The notes under the pieces: model-generated
What the model saw: the letters and a program-made list of their open reading frames with translations, nothing else
What the model was told of the DNA's origin: nothing
Database searches by the model: none
Origin: Octopus vulgaris
Taxonomy: Eukaryota
DNA: 64,000 bases
Assembly (NCBI GenBank): GCA_951406725.2
Contig: OX597814.1
Location: forward strand, 193,254,001 to 193,318,000
Reading direction: 5' to 3'
Part shown: positions 39,903-52,665 of the stretch, piece after piece
Position numbering within the stretch: the stretch's first letter is position 1
Layout: every line of letters begins with the position of its first letter
Program-made: the position numbers and the translations under genes

Positions 39903-41240
39903 GCCCTGAGCACTTCACTTGCCAAATTTATAAGGGATCTCAAAGAGAGTAATATTGATTACTCTATTTCGTGGTCAATTATGCATACTGATCTTCCATA
40001 CAAATGGGTGGAATAACTGTAATTTATGTTCTATGGCAAAACTTGAAATTTTCAGGCGTAACTCGGACTTAATTAGTAAGCGTCACGAATTACTGGAACG
40101 TTGTTCTCACCAACTCAACATAATTATTTTTTTTGAAAATTCCGTTTAGCTAACTTTTCAATAACCCCAGTATTAACGCAAATGCTAATATATAAAATAT
40201 ATAATATATAAAAATGTTCTCTATATAGGCGCAGGAGTGGCTGTGTAGTAAGTAGCTTGCTTACCAACCACATTGTTCAGGGTTCAGTCCCACTGCGTGG
40301 CACCTTGGGCAAGTGTCTTCTACTATTGCCTCGGGCTGACCAAAGCCTTGTGAGTGAATTTGGTAGACGGACACTAAAAGAAGCCCATCGTATATAATTT
40401 ATATATATATATATAAATATGTGTGTGTGTATATATGTTTGTGTCTGTGTTTGTCTCCCCAACATCGCTTGACAACCGATGCTGGTGTGTTTACGTCTCC
40501 GTAACATAGCGGTTACGGACAGAATAACCGACGGACAGAATAAGTACTAGGCTTACAAAGAATAAGTCCTGGGGGCGATTTCCTCGACTAAAAGGCGGTG
40601 CTCCAGCATGGTAAAAGAAGAAAAGAGTATATCTTATTATATTTTGCTTCATTTTTCCCTTGCAAAATTAATCTTTTATTTCTTAAACAATGATTCTATT
40701 TAATTTCAACTCGATATTAGCTTTGTTCTGTTCTAAATACTAGTCATCCTTTCAAATCTTAATCTTTATCTCGATTTCCTCTTTACATTTTTCTTACACC
40801 TATTAACGGCATTTCCAAGATTGTGGTAATAAACTATCACCTCTTGAAAAATCTCCATTTTATCTCAGTCTGCAGGTCTATCCACGAGTATGTTATGTAC
40901 ACAATAAATTTTTACTCTCCTAAATCTGTCGGTTAGTCGCACTGCCCGTTATAGTTTTAATGAATGGGAACTAAGATGATACTATGCCTTCGTAGTCATT
41001 CTACACGGGTGTTTCTCTGATAACGTGACGAATTGCTTTTCAATTTATTACTATAATCTCCGAAGCCCCTCCTTCTCTTATTCTGCTATCTACCTTGGTG
41101 TTGCATTTACGCTGAGACGGTTAGTGGAAGATTTCACTTGATATTACATGCTTTTTCATAGATTTATTTATTTGTATAACCTTATATGTTATCTGATGAA
41201 ACAATTCTACTGATTATCGAAACGATTGTAACTGATTAAT
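39903..41240 (+). mobile_element. Penelope-like element 3' end (endonuclease C-terminus, 3' UTR, hammerhead-like motif), interrupted by a SINE
   Basis: LSTSLAKFIRDLKESNIDYSISWSIM, then NNCNLCSMAKLEIF..LISKRHELLERCSH (39903-40130); CTGATGA..GAAACGATTGTA at 41193-41230; linking the two ends is inference. Confidence 0.7.
40225..40628 (+). mobile_element. SINE family C, full length
   Basis: ataggcgcaggagtggctgtgtagtaagtagc...ggcggtgctccagcatgg. Confidence 0.92.
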
Positions 41241-41459
41241 AGATGTAATGCCATTATCTGCATTCTTTGTCTATATCTGAGTGTGATAGTGCGTGTTTGG
41301 TCTTGCATAAGTATATATATGTATGTATGTATGTATACACACACATATACATATATAATATATATAATATATAATTAATTGTATATAATGATATATATAT
41401 ACTATAATATATATAATAATGTATATAATATTATATATATAATGATATATATATACATA

Positions 41460-41970
41460 CCGTAAATCCTCGAGTATAATCCGCATATTTTCCCCAAAAT
41501 TTAAAGGTCAAAATCTCTAGTGCGTACTATATGCGAGGTTTAAAATGAAAAATATTTTCTAAGTAATGTCCAAGTTTCTAATTGCTGTCCGGCAATGTTT
41601 ATTCAGACGCATTTTGTGATGTCGGGCGCGAAAATACCTTAAGCTAAGCCTGAAGTCATAAAAGAATCATCCATAACTTGCAGTAAGCAACATTTATTAA
41701 AATAAAAGTATTCAGAACACAGAATAACATGTAGCAAAAACAATTTGCAAACATATTTACATTCCCATATAACAGTTAAGAATATCACTATTATTGTATT
41801 ACGCATGCGCGGAAGTGTTTGTTCGACTAGGTACTGCTGGCTTAAATACGCACGACTCAAGTAGAGAAGGGGTGTGTATTATACACAAGGTTTAGGTTTT
41901 TCAGCGGTACAGCTCCTAAAAATCCCCTGCGTATTATACTCAAGGGCGGACTATACTCGAGGATTTACGG
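41460..41970. mobile_element. Tc1/mariner-superfamily (pogo/Tc2-like) MITE
   Basis: TIR ccgtaaatcctcgagtataatccgc / gcggactatactcgaggatttacgg, in a TA-repeat context. Confidence 0.9.
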
Positions 41971-42354
41971 TGTATATATATATATATATATATATCATGT
42001 AATAAATACGACATATGTTTTTATGTGCTACTATTAGTTTCATGCGATGAAAGCATGCCAGACAGAATCTTAAACACGTCTGGTGTCTCAGCACAATCTT
42101 CAGGCACTGTCTATATGGCATAGCAAGCTGAAAATAAGACGATGGGATGAGCAGAAATGCGAGAAAAGGCGAGAGAGAAGTAGATGTAAAAGGTGGAGGG
42201 CTGAAAAACCGTCGTTTTCCGGTTTTCCGACCTTCCCCCTTTGTATAATGTAGTCAAAGATACACTGTGCATAGAAATTGATGGGATAATCTCGGGTCGA
42301 CTGGAGTGCCTTTGATCAGTGCTGACCAGGAGCAATATAGTTTCTTGTTGTTAG

Positions 42355-42457
42355 TGATGATGATGATGACGACGACGACGACGGCGATGATGATGACGAT
42401 TATGATGATGTGGTAATAGTGGTAATGATGATGATGATGATGCTGGTAATGATGATA

Positions 42458-42506
<49 letters not shown>

Positions 42507-42753
42507 AACCCTAGCTTATCTCTGATCGAGCAAACCTATGTTCAAAACCATTTCACCCCGATTACGCCATCTTTTTTTTTTTTGCACATAAATCCTACAT
42601 TATCAAATACGTAGTTCGATTTTTTTCCTAAACAATAGGGAATGATATAAAGGAGATTTGGCAGTTATTTCTAGCTGATCGAGTCACAGTTTCTGTAGAG
42701 ACGACCGCGTTGGTTCAATGCTGGTTGAGACTATTGCTACCGCTGCTGAACTT

Positions 42754-42808
<55 letters not shown>

Positions 42809-43039
42809 CAGCGGCAGTAGCAGCAGCAGCAGTGGTAGTGGTAGTAGTAGTAGTAGTAGCGGCGGCGGTGGTGGTATTAGTAGTAGTAGTAGTAACACTA
42901 ATAGTAGTAGTAACAGTAGTAGTAGTAGCAGCAGTTACGATGGTGGTAGTAGTAGTAGTAGTAGTAGTAATAGTAGTAGTAGTAGAAGTAGCAGCGGCGG
43001 TGGTGGTAGTAGTAGTAGTGGCGGTAGCAGCAGCAGTAC

Positions 43040-43081
<42 letters not shown>

Positions 43082-43110
43082 GTGATGATGATAGTGGTGG
43101 TGGTTCTAGT
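42355..43110. repeat. (GAT)n and (TAG)n/(CAG)n trinucleotide arrays
   Basis: Direct reading (42355-42505 and 42754-43110). Confidence 0.92.
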
Positions 43111-43493
43111 GGGGATTTTATTTAAAATTCTGAATTAGAGCATAATGCGTCATAATAGCATCTGGGGTTCAACAAAGAACATCTTCAAAATAGCATGACG
43201 CACATTATAAATGCAGTCCTCTTGTTTATCTAAACTATCCATTCATGCATCCCTACAAAATATTTTCCATTTAATCCCACTAAAAAACCCCTTTCCATTT
43301 TGCTTTTGTTCTGTTTCTATCAATAAACATTGACGTCACTTCATTGAAGTCTACGAACCTGTATGAGGTGTCGATGCCTTAAACTTTAGGTGCATACGTC
43401 CCTTGTAACTTTTATTCAAATAGCTATAGCACTGTGTGTGTGTATATGTGTGTGTGCCTACATACATACATACATACATACATACATACATAC

Positions 43494-43745
43494 AAAAATA
43501 CCTTGTTGTTGATGTTGAAATTACAATGAAGGCGCCTTGGATCTAGGTTAGAAACCGGCTCTGTCTCTATTGGCAAGAAATCTTGAAATACACTAAGCAA
43601 TGACACATACATACATACATACATACATACATACAAAAATACCCTGTTATTGATGTTGAAATTCTAGTGAAGGAGCCTTGGATCTAGGTTTGAAACCAAC
43701 TTTTTCTCTATTGGAAGAAATCTTGAAATAAACTGAACAATGACA
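43494..43745 (+). mobile_element. Two tandem ~110-bp modules separated and flanked by (TACA)n; putative 3' tails of the R4-like element
   Basis: aaaaatacc.tgtt.ttgatgttgaaatt...gaagg.gccttggatctaggtt.gaaacc...ctattgg.aagaaatcttgaaata.act...caatgac occurs twice; its last ~20 bp recur reverse-complemented at 54381-54402. Confidence 0.75.
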
Positions 43746-43840
43746 TACATGCATACATACATACATACATACATACATACATACATACATACATACATAC
43801 ATACATTCATAAGATACGTACGTACATAACATACACAAAG

Positions 43841-44116
43841 GGTGGTCAGCTGGCAGAAACGTTAGCACGCCGGGCGAAATGCTTAGCGTTATTTCGTCTG
43901 CCGCTACGTTCTGAGTTCAAATTCCGCCGAGGTCAACTTTACCTTTCATCCTTTTAGGGTCGTTTAAATAAGTGCCAGTTACGCACTGGGGTCGATATAA
44001 TCGACTTAATCCGTTTGTCTGTCCTTGTTTGTCCCTTCTGTGTTTAGCCCCTTGTGGGAAGTAAAGAAATAGGTATTTTGTCTACCGTTACGTTCTGAGT
44101 TCAAATTCCACCGAGG
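43841..44116 (+). mobile_element. SINE family A with partial tandem duplication
   Basis: agctggcagaaacgttagcacgccgggcgaaatgcttagc... Confidence 0.88.
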
Positions 44117-44117
44117 A

Positions 44118-44372
44118 TTCTAAATCAAATTTCACAATATATAATATATGTATATAATTAAGAGAAATAACCTCTATTAAATAATTCAGTTGTTAGTGAA
44201 TGATATTATCTATATTAAATCATATAAAAAAATTTAAATATATTATTCTAGTGATTTTTAAAATAATATTTATTATAATATATTTAAATTCTTTCTATAT
44301 GATTTAATATAGATAATATCTTTCACTATCATTTGAATTACTTAATAGAGAATATTTCTCTTAATTATATAT
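44118..44372. mobile_element. Fold-back remnant related to the 55.2-55.8 kb family
   Basis: ~95-bp inverted arms tatataattaagagaaataacctctattaa...aatttaaatatattat and its reverse complement; upstream taaatcaaatttcacaatatataatatatgtatataa matches the reverse complement of 55732-55769. Confidence 0.75.
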
Positions 44373-44497
44373 ATATATCACCGCGATCACCGTGACCGAC
44401 CAGGCTATCAGATGTTGCTACACACATCGCTGGTCACAATGCGCTTCGCATTGTTTTAGCCTTCAAATGACGCCACCCTGCTGGCTAAGCGAGCAGG

Positions 44498-44543
<46 letters not shown>

Positions 44544-44547
<4 letters not shown>

Positions 44548-44678
44548 GTTGTCCCAAAAGTTCGTAAACACTTGCGAAAATTTAATTTTTACTCGCCAAG
44601 TACTAACAAAAACAACAAAAATTATTCCTCAAAATAAAGACCATTATTTTCCAAGACTTTCTACGAACTTTTGGGACA

Positions 44679-44684
<6 letters not shown>
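44544..44684. mobile_element. Mariner-type MITE in (TA)n
   Basis: TIR aggttgtcccaaaagttcgta / tacgaacttttgggacaacct, TA flanks. Confidence 0.88.
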
Positions 44685-44717
<33 letters not shown>

Positions 44718-45499
44718 GACGGCTTTCTACCAGTTTACGTCTACCAAATCCACTCATAAATCTTTGTTGGCCCGAGGCTATAGTAGAAGGCACTTGTTCA
44801 AGCTGCTACGCAATGGGACTGAACCCGGAAACGTGTGGTTAGGAAGCAAGCTTTTTACTACACAGCAATACACACAAAAAGAGAGAGAGATGGATGGATA
44901 TGACGTTGGTTTCAAATTTTTGGTACAAGGCCAGCGATTTCGACCCCGAAAGAAAGATGAAAGACAAAAATCGACGTTGGTGGAATTTGAACTCAGAACC
45001 TAAGGACGTACGAAATGCCGCTAAGCATTATTGCCCGGCGCGGTAACGATTCTGCCAGCTCACCGCTTTATGATGCATAAAACATATTAAGGCTTGTTTA
45101 CTTTTCTCGGGTTTTATTCATCATTTAACAATCATATACTGTGACTAGAAATATGCAGATTTAGATAAACATACGTGTTTACACAGCCACAGTCGCTTCC
45201 TCCAGACCAAAGCCCTCTGGTATAACCTTATAATTCAGGAAAAACATTAACAAAACTGAACGAATAAACAATGATGCACATATAATTTTGTGTTTACTTG
45301 GAAGATTTATTAAGGAAGCCATTCTAAAACTATTACTGCAGCCAAGTAATTTATTCCCATTCGTGTATGATAATGGATTTATACAACTTCATGATAATGT
45401 ATATAACTCTACGAAGTGAATCGTTAAATAGATGAAGATTGTGTTTAATTTTTTTGCTATTTTTTTTTTTTTCGTGATAGAAAAAAATAAAATTCTTGC

Positions 45500-45718
45500 A
45501 TTTACTCTTTTACTTGTTTCAGTCATTTGACTGTGTGGCCATGCGGGAGCACCGCCTTTAGTCGAGCAAATCGACCCCAGGACTTATTCTTTGTAAGCCT
45601 AGTACTTATTCTCTCAGTCTCTTTTGCCGAACCGCTAGGTTACGGGAACGTAAACACACCAGCATCGGTTGTCAAGTGATGTTGCGGGGACAAACACATA
45701 TACACAAACATATACACA

Positions 45719-45770
<52 letters not shown>

Positions 45771-45943
45771 CATACATACGGCGGGCTTCTTTCAGTTTCC
45801 GTCTACCAAATCCACTGACAAGGCTTTGGTCGACCCGAGGCTATAGTAGAAAACACTTGCCCAAGATGTCACACAGCAGGACTGAACCCGGAACCATGTG
45901 GTTGGTAAGCAAGCTACTTACCACACAGCCACTCCTACGCCTA
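45500..45943 (-). mobile_element. SINE family C, full length
   Basis: Complete match to the other family C copies. Confidence 0.92.
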
Positions 45944-46507
45944 TTTAAGGGAAACATATCCATCTCTAGTTACAACAATTGCAGTACGTAATTGAAAGAG
46001 CAACAGAGAAAACCTCGACCAGCAACGATAGAATGTTAGGTACGGCTCTGCAATGTGTGTGTACGGCACTGTGTGTGCTTAATCACTTCGAACGACCTAT
46101 TCCAGCTTTCTATAAATTGGAGCAATGAGGTTTGGCTCAGACAAAATCAAAACTGTTCTTATGAGCAAAACTAAAATAGACTAGGGCTGCTATCCTAAGC
46201 TATCCTATGCTTTTGTCAAACTGCTAAGTCACGGGGGACATAAACTCACCAACACCGGTTTTCAAGAGGTGGTGGTTGGATAGACACAGATACAAGGACA
46301 CACACGTGTATATATTCGACAGGCTTCTTTCAGTATCCGTCTACCAAATCCACTCACAAGGCTTTGGTTGGTCCGAAGCTATAAAAGACATTTGTCTGTG
46401 GTGCCACGCAGTGGGACTGAACTCGGAACCATGTGACTGAGAAGCAAGCGTCTTACCACACAGCCACGCCTGCGCTTATAATAAAGCCAAACGTTATACA
46501 TTGCAAG

Positions 46508-46800
46508 CTAATGACTTTCATGTGCCTGATAATATCTAACCAAATTTTCTGTATCAGGTTCAATGTTAGTCAAAAGAAATTCTAAGTCTCCCCTTTGACT
46601 AATTGCAATTTTATTTTGTTGCTTAGTCAGCAATTGCGACACTGCACTAAATTCTTTCTCTACTAAATATGAAGAATGAAAAGCAATTAACAGTAATTTA
46701 GTTTCTTGCCAAAGTTGAGAATACTTGCTTTTCATTTTGGGCCAGAACGATTCATAACCAAGCTTTTGAAAATATACTTGAGCTTCGAAATAATTCTTTT
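46508..46800 (-). pseudogene. hAT Buster/Charlie-type transposase C-terminal dimerisation domain relic
   Basis: KYSQLWQETKLLLIAFHSSYLVEKEFSAVSQLLTKQQNKIAISQRGDLEFLLTNIEPD..QAHESH* matches Buster LLIAFPSSYLVERGFSAV..LLTK.RNRL...RGDLRL.LT..EPD..Q.HPSH. Confidence 0.85.
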
Positions 46801-46959
46801 AAGTCGAAAATTTCTTCATGTGCAGTCTAGGGCAATGACCCTCAAACATAAATTGAGCCTTTTTTTCCACTCCCACCAAAAATATTAGTGAAAATGTTTG
46901 CCTCCCCCCATCCCCTTTAACAATGAGATGACGGAGTAGAGTTTGTATCCATACAACAG

Positions 46960-47130
46960 ATTAAGTCGATTATATCGACCCCAGTGTGTAACTGGTACTT
47001 AATTTATCGACCCCGAAAGGATGAAAGGCAAAGTCGACTTCGGCGAAATTTGAACTCAGAACGTAACGGCAGACGAAATACCGCTAGGCATTTCGCCCAG
47101 CGTGCTAACGATTCTGCCAGCTCGCCGCTT
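46960..47130 (-). mobile_element. SINE family A
   Basis: Reverse complement of the family A head and core. Confidence 0.88.
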
Positions 47131-47507
47131 TCCGCTATAAATATAATATTCGTTCTGTACCACAGAAGTCACTTGTCATACCCATACTGTAAATCAATGT
47201 GATGGTTTATATAACGAATTAGAACATGTTTGGTTAAAATAATTAAAAGACGTATAATTTATAACTAAATTAGACCGCTGGTACACAAAAAAAATATGGT
47301 GTAAAATGGGCACGGAAACAGAGTTAATTTTATTAAGCATGGCAACTTATCGCTCCCATCACTTCACCCTAGCCCCTTTCAATCCTCACAGGCCCTTGAC
47401 TTCGAGAGATACTGCTCGAGGGAATTAATCAGTTTTCTAAGAAATCCCATAAAATTCCATCCTGCTATCTTTAACAAAATGGCACATAGAGTAATGTAGC
47501 TTTAGAT

Positions 47508-47836
47508 CAGGGTTTCTCAACCATTTGTTACCAATGGACCCCTTTGATTTCTATTGTATTCTGACAGGCCCCACCATAGCCATTCGATATTTAAAAACTA
47601 GTTTTATAGAAACTCCTTTCAAAATTCCCATTTTGTTTTTCCCACATGAACTTGTGTAGGTTGAACTATGTAAAATGGTAGAGAACAAAATCTGGCGGTT
47701 TCTTGCAATACATATCAATACATAATCTAAAACAATTTTTTTAGGGGCCTTTAAACTACTATTGTGGGTCCTCAATTTACTATTTTTTCGCGTAGACTCC
47801 ACAAAATCTTATATGGACTCCGGCTGAGAAACATTG
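47508..47836. mobile_element. hAT-type MITE
   Basis: TIR cagggtttctcaacc / ggctgagaaacattg; 8-bp TSD ctttagat (47500-47507, 47837-47844), consistent with the Buster target pattern. Confidence 0.88.
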
Positions 47837-48842
47837 CTTTAGATAAACTGCGTCTGAAAAGGTGAGATGGTCGCGGCTAGAATATCTTTGATCATATTTC
47901 TACTTGACCAAGACTGATGCGGGAATAAACAACAACAACAGTAGCAGCGGTGCCAATCTATTACGTAAGATCATTCTCAGAAGCAGGCGAAGGAAGAATT
48001 TGTGATAAAATTTATTCTGACTTAAAATAGGTTCAATCAACAGACACTGGCTATAACTTAGATCTCTTCTAATCCATAAATATCTCGACATTTCTCCCCT
48101 CAAGCGCGTGAGGATTTAATTACAGGAAATTTATGAGCTGAGTTAGCAAGATTTTGTGTTTCTCATATCACGATTATCGTATGCGACATGTTATATTATG
48201 TCGTACTATTTCTTATCTGAATAAAACCTCATGACGATATTGCTTTCATTGTTGGTTACATACAAATGTTTTACTCATTTATAACTATATAGTAAATATA
48301 TTTATCTGACAAATAAAACGAAATCTCATTTTCTCTTTACGACATGATGTCCCCCATAAACCTAAAGAGGTAATAACGTTTCTATTCAGTTAAGGATTTA
48401 TGTACATTAGGCGGATATAAATCAGATTATATAATGGTTAAGCGACCAGCCTACCGGTGTCAATAGCCAGGCAGGTAAACAAAATATCTATTACAGAAAC
48501 TATATTGACACAATCAGAGAGACAACAAAACCAGCAGAAGTAGTAGGAACTCAATATCTATGGAGCGATAAATTAACCGTTTACCCACTTTGATTATCTT
48601 GCTATTACGTTTACACAGTAATCTTACACTGTGGCTCCTCTTAAGGCTCAACGTTTCTTTTGCAATGATAGCAATTTCGTTTTTTTTTTTTCTTGGACAT
48701 CAAAGTATCTCGAATTTCTCCTATACGTGTGCCTGTATTTTCCCATATACGTGTGTATGTGTGTGTGTGTACGTATCTTGTGCATGTATGTGTGTTCGTG
48801 TGTGTGTGTGTATGTATTCTGTCAGTATTTTTTTTTACATGA

Positions 48843-49216
48843 TTCAGTCATTTGACTGTGGCCATGCTGGAGCACCGCCTTTAGTCGAGCAAATCGACCC
48901 CAGGACTTATTCTTTGTAAGCCTAGTACTTATTCTATCGGTCTCTTTTGCCGAACCGCTATGTTACGGGGACGTAAACACACCAGCATCGGTTGTCGAGC
49001 GATGTTAGGGGAACAAACACATACACACACATAAATATATATACATATATACGACAGGCGTCTTTCAGTTTCCGTCTACCAAATCCACTCACAAGGATTT
49101 GGTCGGCCCGAGGGTATAGTAGAAGACACTTGCCCAATGCGCCACGCAGTGGGACTGAACCCAGAACCATGTGGTTGGTAAGCAAGCTACTTACCACACA
49201 GCCACTCCTACGCCTA
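48843..49216 (-). mobile_element. SINE family C
   Basis: Match to the other family C copies. Confidence 0.9.
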
Positions 49217-50048
49217 TAATATTCTCAATATTATAATAATTATTTTCCTTTGCTTTATATATAGGATAATTAGGTAGGTTCCATAATCTTTTAATAATCA
49301 TCCGTTTTAGCAGCATTAGTAACCTTTATAAATTCGGTTCGGGTTAACTGGGATAAAATGAAAGAGAATATCGATCTTGCCTCTACCAACGATATTAGCA
49401 AATGCTTCCGATCAGGAGAAATTCAGTTATCCTGCCATACAGCCATAATTATATTATACTGAAAAACAATATACTGTATTTCCTCAGGAGTCACTTAGCG
49501 AGAAATTCAGTGAAAGCAAATAAATATAGTTATATAAGAAGGTGAAAGGCAAAATTCGCGGCATATAAGAGGCTGTGGCATATTTCTAATTGTTAATTAA
49601 ACTAAAAATACGCTTCTTCTGAATAACAAGATTTTCTGATTTGATGTCTTAAGCCGATTGACCACTAAACCAAGTTGCATGACTTATTCGTTCCTTATAG
49701 CATTGTACTGTGTTGTGTGTGCTTGTATATGTGTGTGTGTGTGTGTGTGTGGTTATTTCGATATAAAATTGCGTATCTCAGTGGAAGCCAACAGCAATCC
49801 ATCATTTCTGATCAGTTTAAGTGATTCTCTTTACCGCTGCAAAGCGAACCTAACTATTATTTAATCCTTAAGTACGTTTTAGAGTGATTGATTGGTTGAC
49901 TTTTGCTTCGGATATTTGCATATTTAAACCAGCTTTTGACCATCAGGAGTCACTCAGAAACAATTCTTTCTATAGATCATGCTGAGATTCTTTTATATAT
50001 CACAACGAAAAAGGCGACAGTTTGATAAAACAGTATAGCATCTGACTA

Positions 50049-51060
50049 AGGCGACGAGCTGGCAGAACCGTTAGCACGCCGGGCGAAATGCTTAGCGGTA
50101 TTTCATCTGCGTTACGTTGTGAGTTCAAATTCCGCCGAGGTCGACTTTGCCTTTCATCCTTTCGGGGTCGATAAATTAAGTACCAGTTACGCACTGGGGT
50201 CGATGTAATCGACTTAATACCTATGTCTGTCCTTGTTTGTCCCCTCTGTGTTTAGCCCCTTGTGGGTAATAAAGAAATAGGTATTTCATCTGCCGCTACG
50301 TTCTGAGTTCAAATTCTGCCGAGATCGACTTTGCATTTCATCCTTTCGGGATCGATTAAATAAGTACCAGTTACGCACTGGGATCGATATAAACGACTTA
50401 ATCCGTTTGTCTGTCCTTATTTGTTTCCTCTATGTTTAGCCCTTTGTGGGTAATAAATAAATAGGTATTTCGTCTGCTGTTACGTTCTGAGTTCAAATTC
50501 CGCCGAGGTCGACTTTGCCTTTCATCTTTTCGGGGTCGATAAATTAAGTACCAGTTGTGTACTGGGGTCAATGTAATTGACTGGCCCCCTTCCCACAAAA
50601 TTTCGGGCCTTGTGCCTAGAGTAGAAAAGAATATTTAAGGCGGCGAGCTGGCAGAAACGTTAGCACGCCGGGCGAAATGCGTAGCCGTATTTCGTATGCC
50701 GTTACTGTTCTGAGTTCAAATTCCGCCGAGGTCGACTTTGCCTTTCGTTCTTTGGGAGTCGATATATTAAGTTCCAGTTACGCACTGGGGTCGATGTAAT
50801 CGACTTAATCCCTTTGTTTGTCCTTGTTTGTCCCCTCTATGTTTAAACCCCTTGTGGGCAATAAACAAATAAGAAACGTTAGCACGCCGGGTGAAATGCT
50901 TAGTAACATTTCCTCCGGCTTTTTTACATTCTGAGTTCAAAATCCGGTGAGGTCAACTTCACCTTTCATCCCTTTGGGATCTATAAAATAAAAACCCAGT
51001 TAAGTACTGTGATCAATGTAATCGACTTCTCCCCTCTCCTCAAAAATTCCTGGCCTTAGA
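50049..51060 (+). mobile_element. Multimeric SINE family A array, about five units
   Basis: Repeating gtatttc.tctgc..tacgttctgagttcaaattccgccgaggtcgactttgcc...gtttagccccttgtgggtaataaa units. Confidence 0.9.
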
Positions 51061-51212
51061 CCCTGCGACGGAGCGGTGTCTTGTTCAGGGGAAATATTGT
51101 GATCTCGGTCACTTATACGCGATAGAAACAGAGTGACCAGTCTTCCTAGGACTGAAAAAAAAATAGAAATACACATAGATTAGTGATCCAATACAAATGT
51201 AATATCTATTTA

Positions 51213-51497
51213 TTTGTTCCTTCTCTAAGCCACGCCTGGCTCATAAGGGACGGTTTCCTTGGCGTATAGGTTCCCCACCTGGACGGGACACCGGTCCGTC
51301 GCAGGTGAGCTGCAAGATGCACGAGGAAAGAGTGAGAGAAAGTTGTGGCGAAATAGTCAGCAGAAGTTCGCCATTACCTTCTGCCGGAGCCGCGAGGAGC
51401 TTAGGTGTTTCGCTCGTAAACACACACATCGCCCGGTCTGAGATTCGAGCCCGCGATCCCTCGACCGCGAGTCCGCTGCTCTAACCACTAGGCCATG
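51213..51497 (-). mobile_element. SINE family D
   Basis: Minus-strand head atggcctagtggttagagcagcggactcgcggtcgagggatcgcgggctcgaatc. Confidence 0.9.
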
Positions 51498-51824
51498 TAA
51501 CTACATAAATGTTGCCCGAAACTGAAATAACGTAAATTATTGAACTGCAAACTTGCTGATTTCACGATCGAGTAAAGTTCAATTCCAGCGTTATCCTGCC
51601 TCTTTTATTTCATGACAGACAGCGCAAACTTTCTGATTCGACATTTTAAACGAATGCTTTTATGATCTTTTAATTAACACAAATAGCTGTACTGGAAATA
51701 GTTGTAATCAAGTATCAAATCCAATTAGAGTCAAGTAATTAAATGTCCTCCACTTTGAAATGTTTCGACGGTGATATTAGTTACTTTATGTCGAGTATGT
51801 ATGACATACTCTCTTAGCGTAGTA

Positions 51825-52231
51825 GGATCTTTTCGGTTTGATCGGCAGTTTTTTCTAGCGGTGTCATATGAAATTGTCACCCATAATTATGACCCTAGTA
51901 TTGATCTATTGCATTTCAATCTGTTTTAGGGTTAGGGTTAGGGGTATCTTTTTTTCTTCAGAAATGTAAATAAACCCAATCTGTTTCTTAAACGAGGGAC
52001 ATATTCATACGGCACAGAATGTTTTTTTACTTCAATAGACGTCAGTGATTGGTTGAAATTGCAGAAATTGAAGAAAAACAACAACAAATATCTTACAAAC
52101 TATAGAATTTTCTCAATAAAGCCAAGAGAAAAATATGCTTTATAAACACATTCTAGCAGTATACGAAGTTTAAAAGTGTTTAGTTACGTGGAAATTATTT
52201 TTAAAAACTGTCGTTCAAACCGAAAAGATCC
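51825..52231. mobile_element. 407-bp MITE, Merlin-like, opposite orientation to the 37997 copy
   Basis: TIR ggatcttttcggtttga / tcaaaccgaaaagatcc; 8-bp TSD gcgtagta (51817-51824, 52232-52239); internal ttagggttagggttaggg. Confidence 0.95.
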
Positions 52232-52665
52232 GCGTAGTATATCCTATTTAAACTTATATTAACAAGGAGTTCTCTAGACTTTTAGATATCGAAACAGACA
52301 TCAATTTGATAGTGCAGATGTTATTTGAAGTGATGTGTATGAGAGAGAGTGAGGTGGAATTGTTCCAAATGTCTTCTGAATTTTTATTTTGTTTTTGTGT
52401 TTTAATTTCGTCTAGGAAGATTAGATTAAGGACTACATGTCTAGGAACGGCTACAAAGCATTGTCTAAGCCACGACAACCGCTCAAGTCTATCCCCAACA
52501 TAGTCCTAATTACTTCGGATGAATTCATGTACGCAATAGAATTATCACTACTTTAAAACATTGAATTAATTCTTAAGATCTGAAAGAATTTCATACTTCG
52601 AAAGAATCCCAGAAAGAAGGGGAAAAAACCATCATAGTTATGCTGTGATACATATCACAGTCATA

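Noticed and set aside
44379-44501. Structured-looking GC-rich segment in (TA)n as a possible HDV-like ribozyme
   Set aside because: Could not assign the nested double pseudoknot by eye; more likely a retroelement 3' tail fragment
46508-46735. Possible domesticated ZBED/SCAND3-like host gene exon
   Set aside because: Substitutions in conserved motifs, no upstream continuous frame, and surrounded by repeats; better explained as a Buster relic
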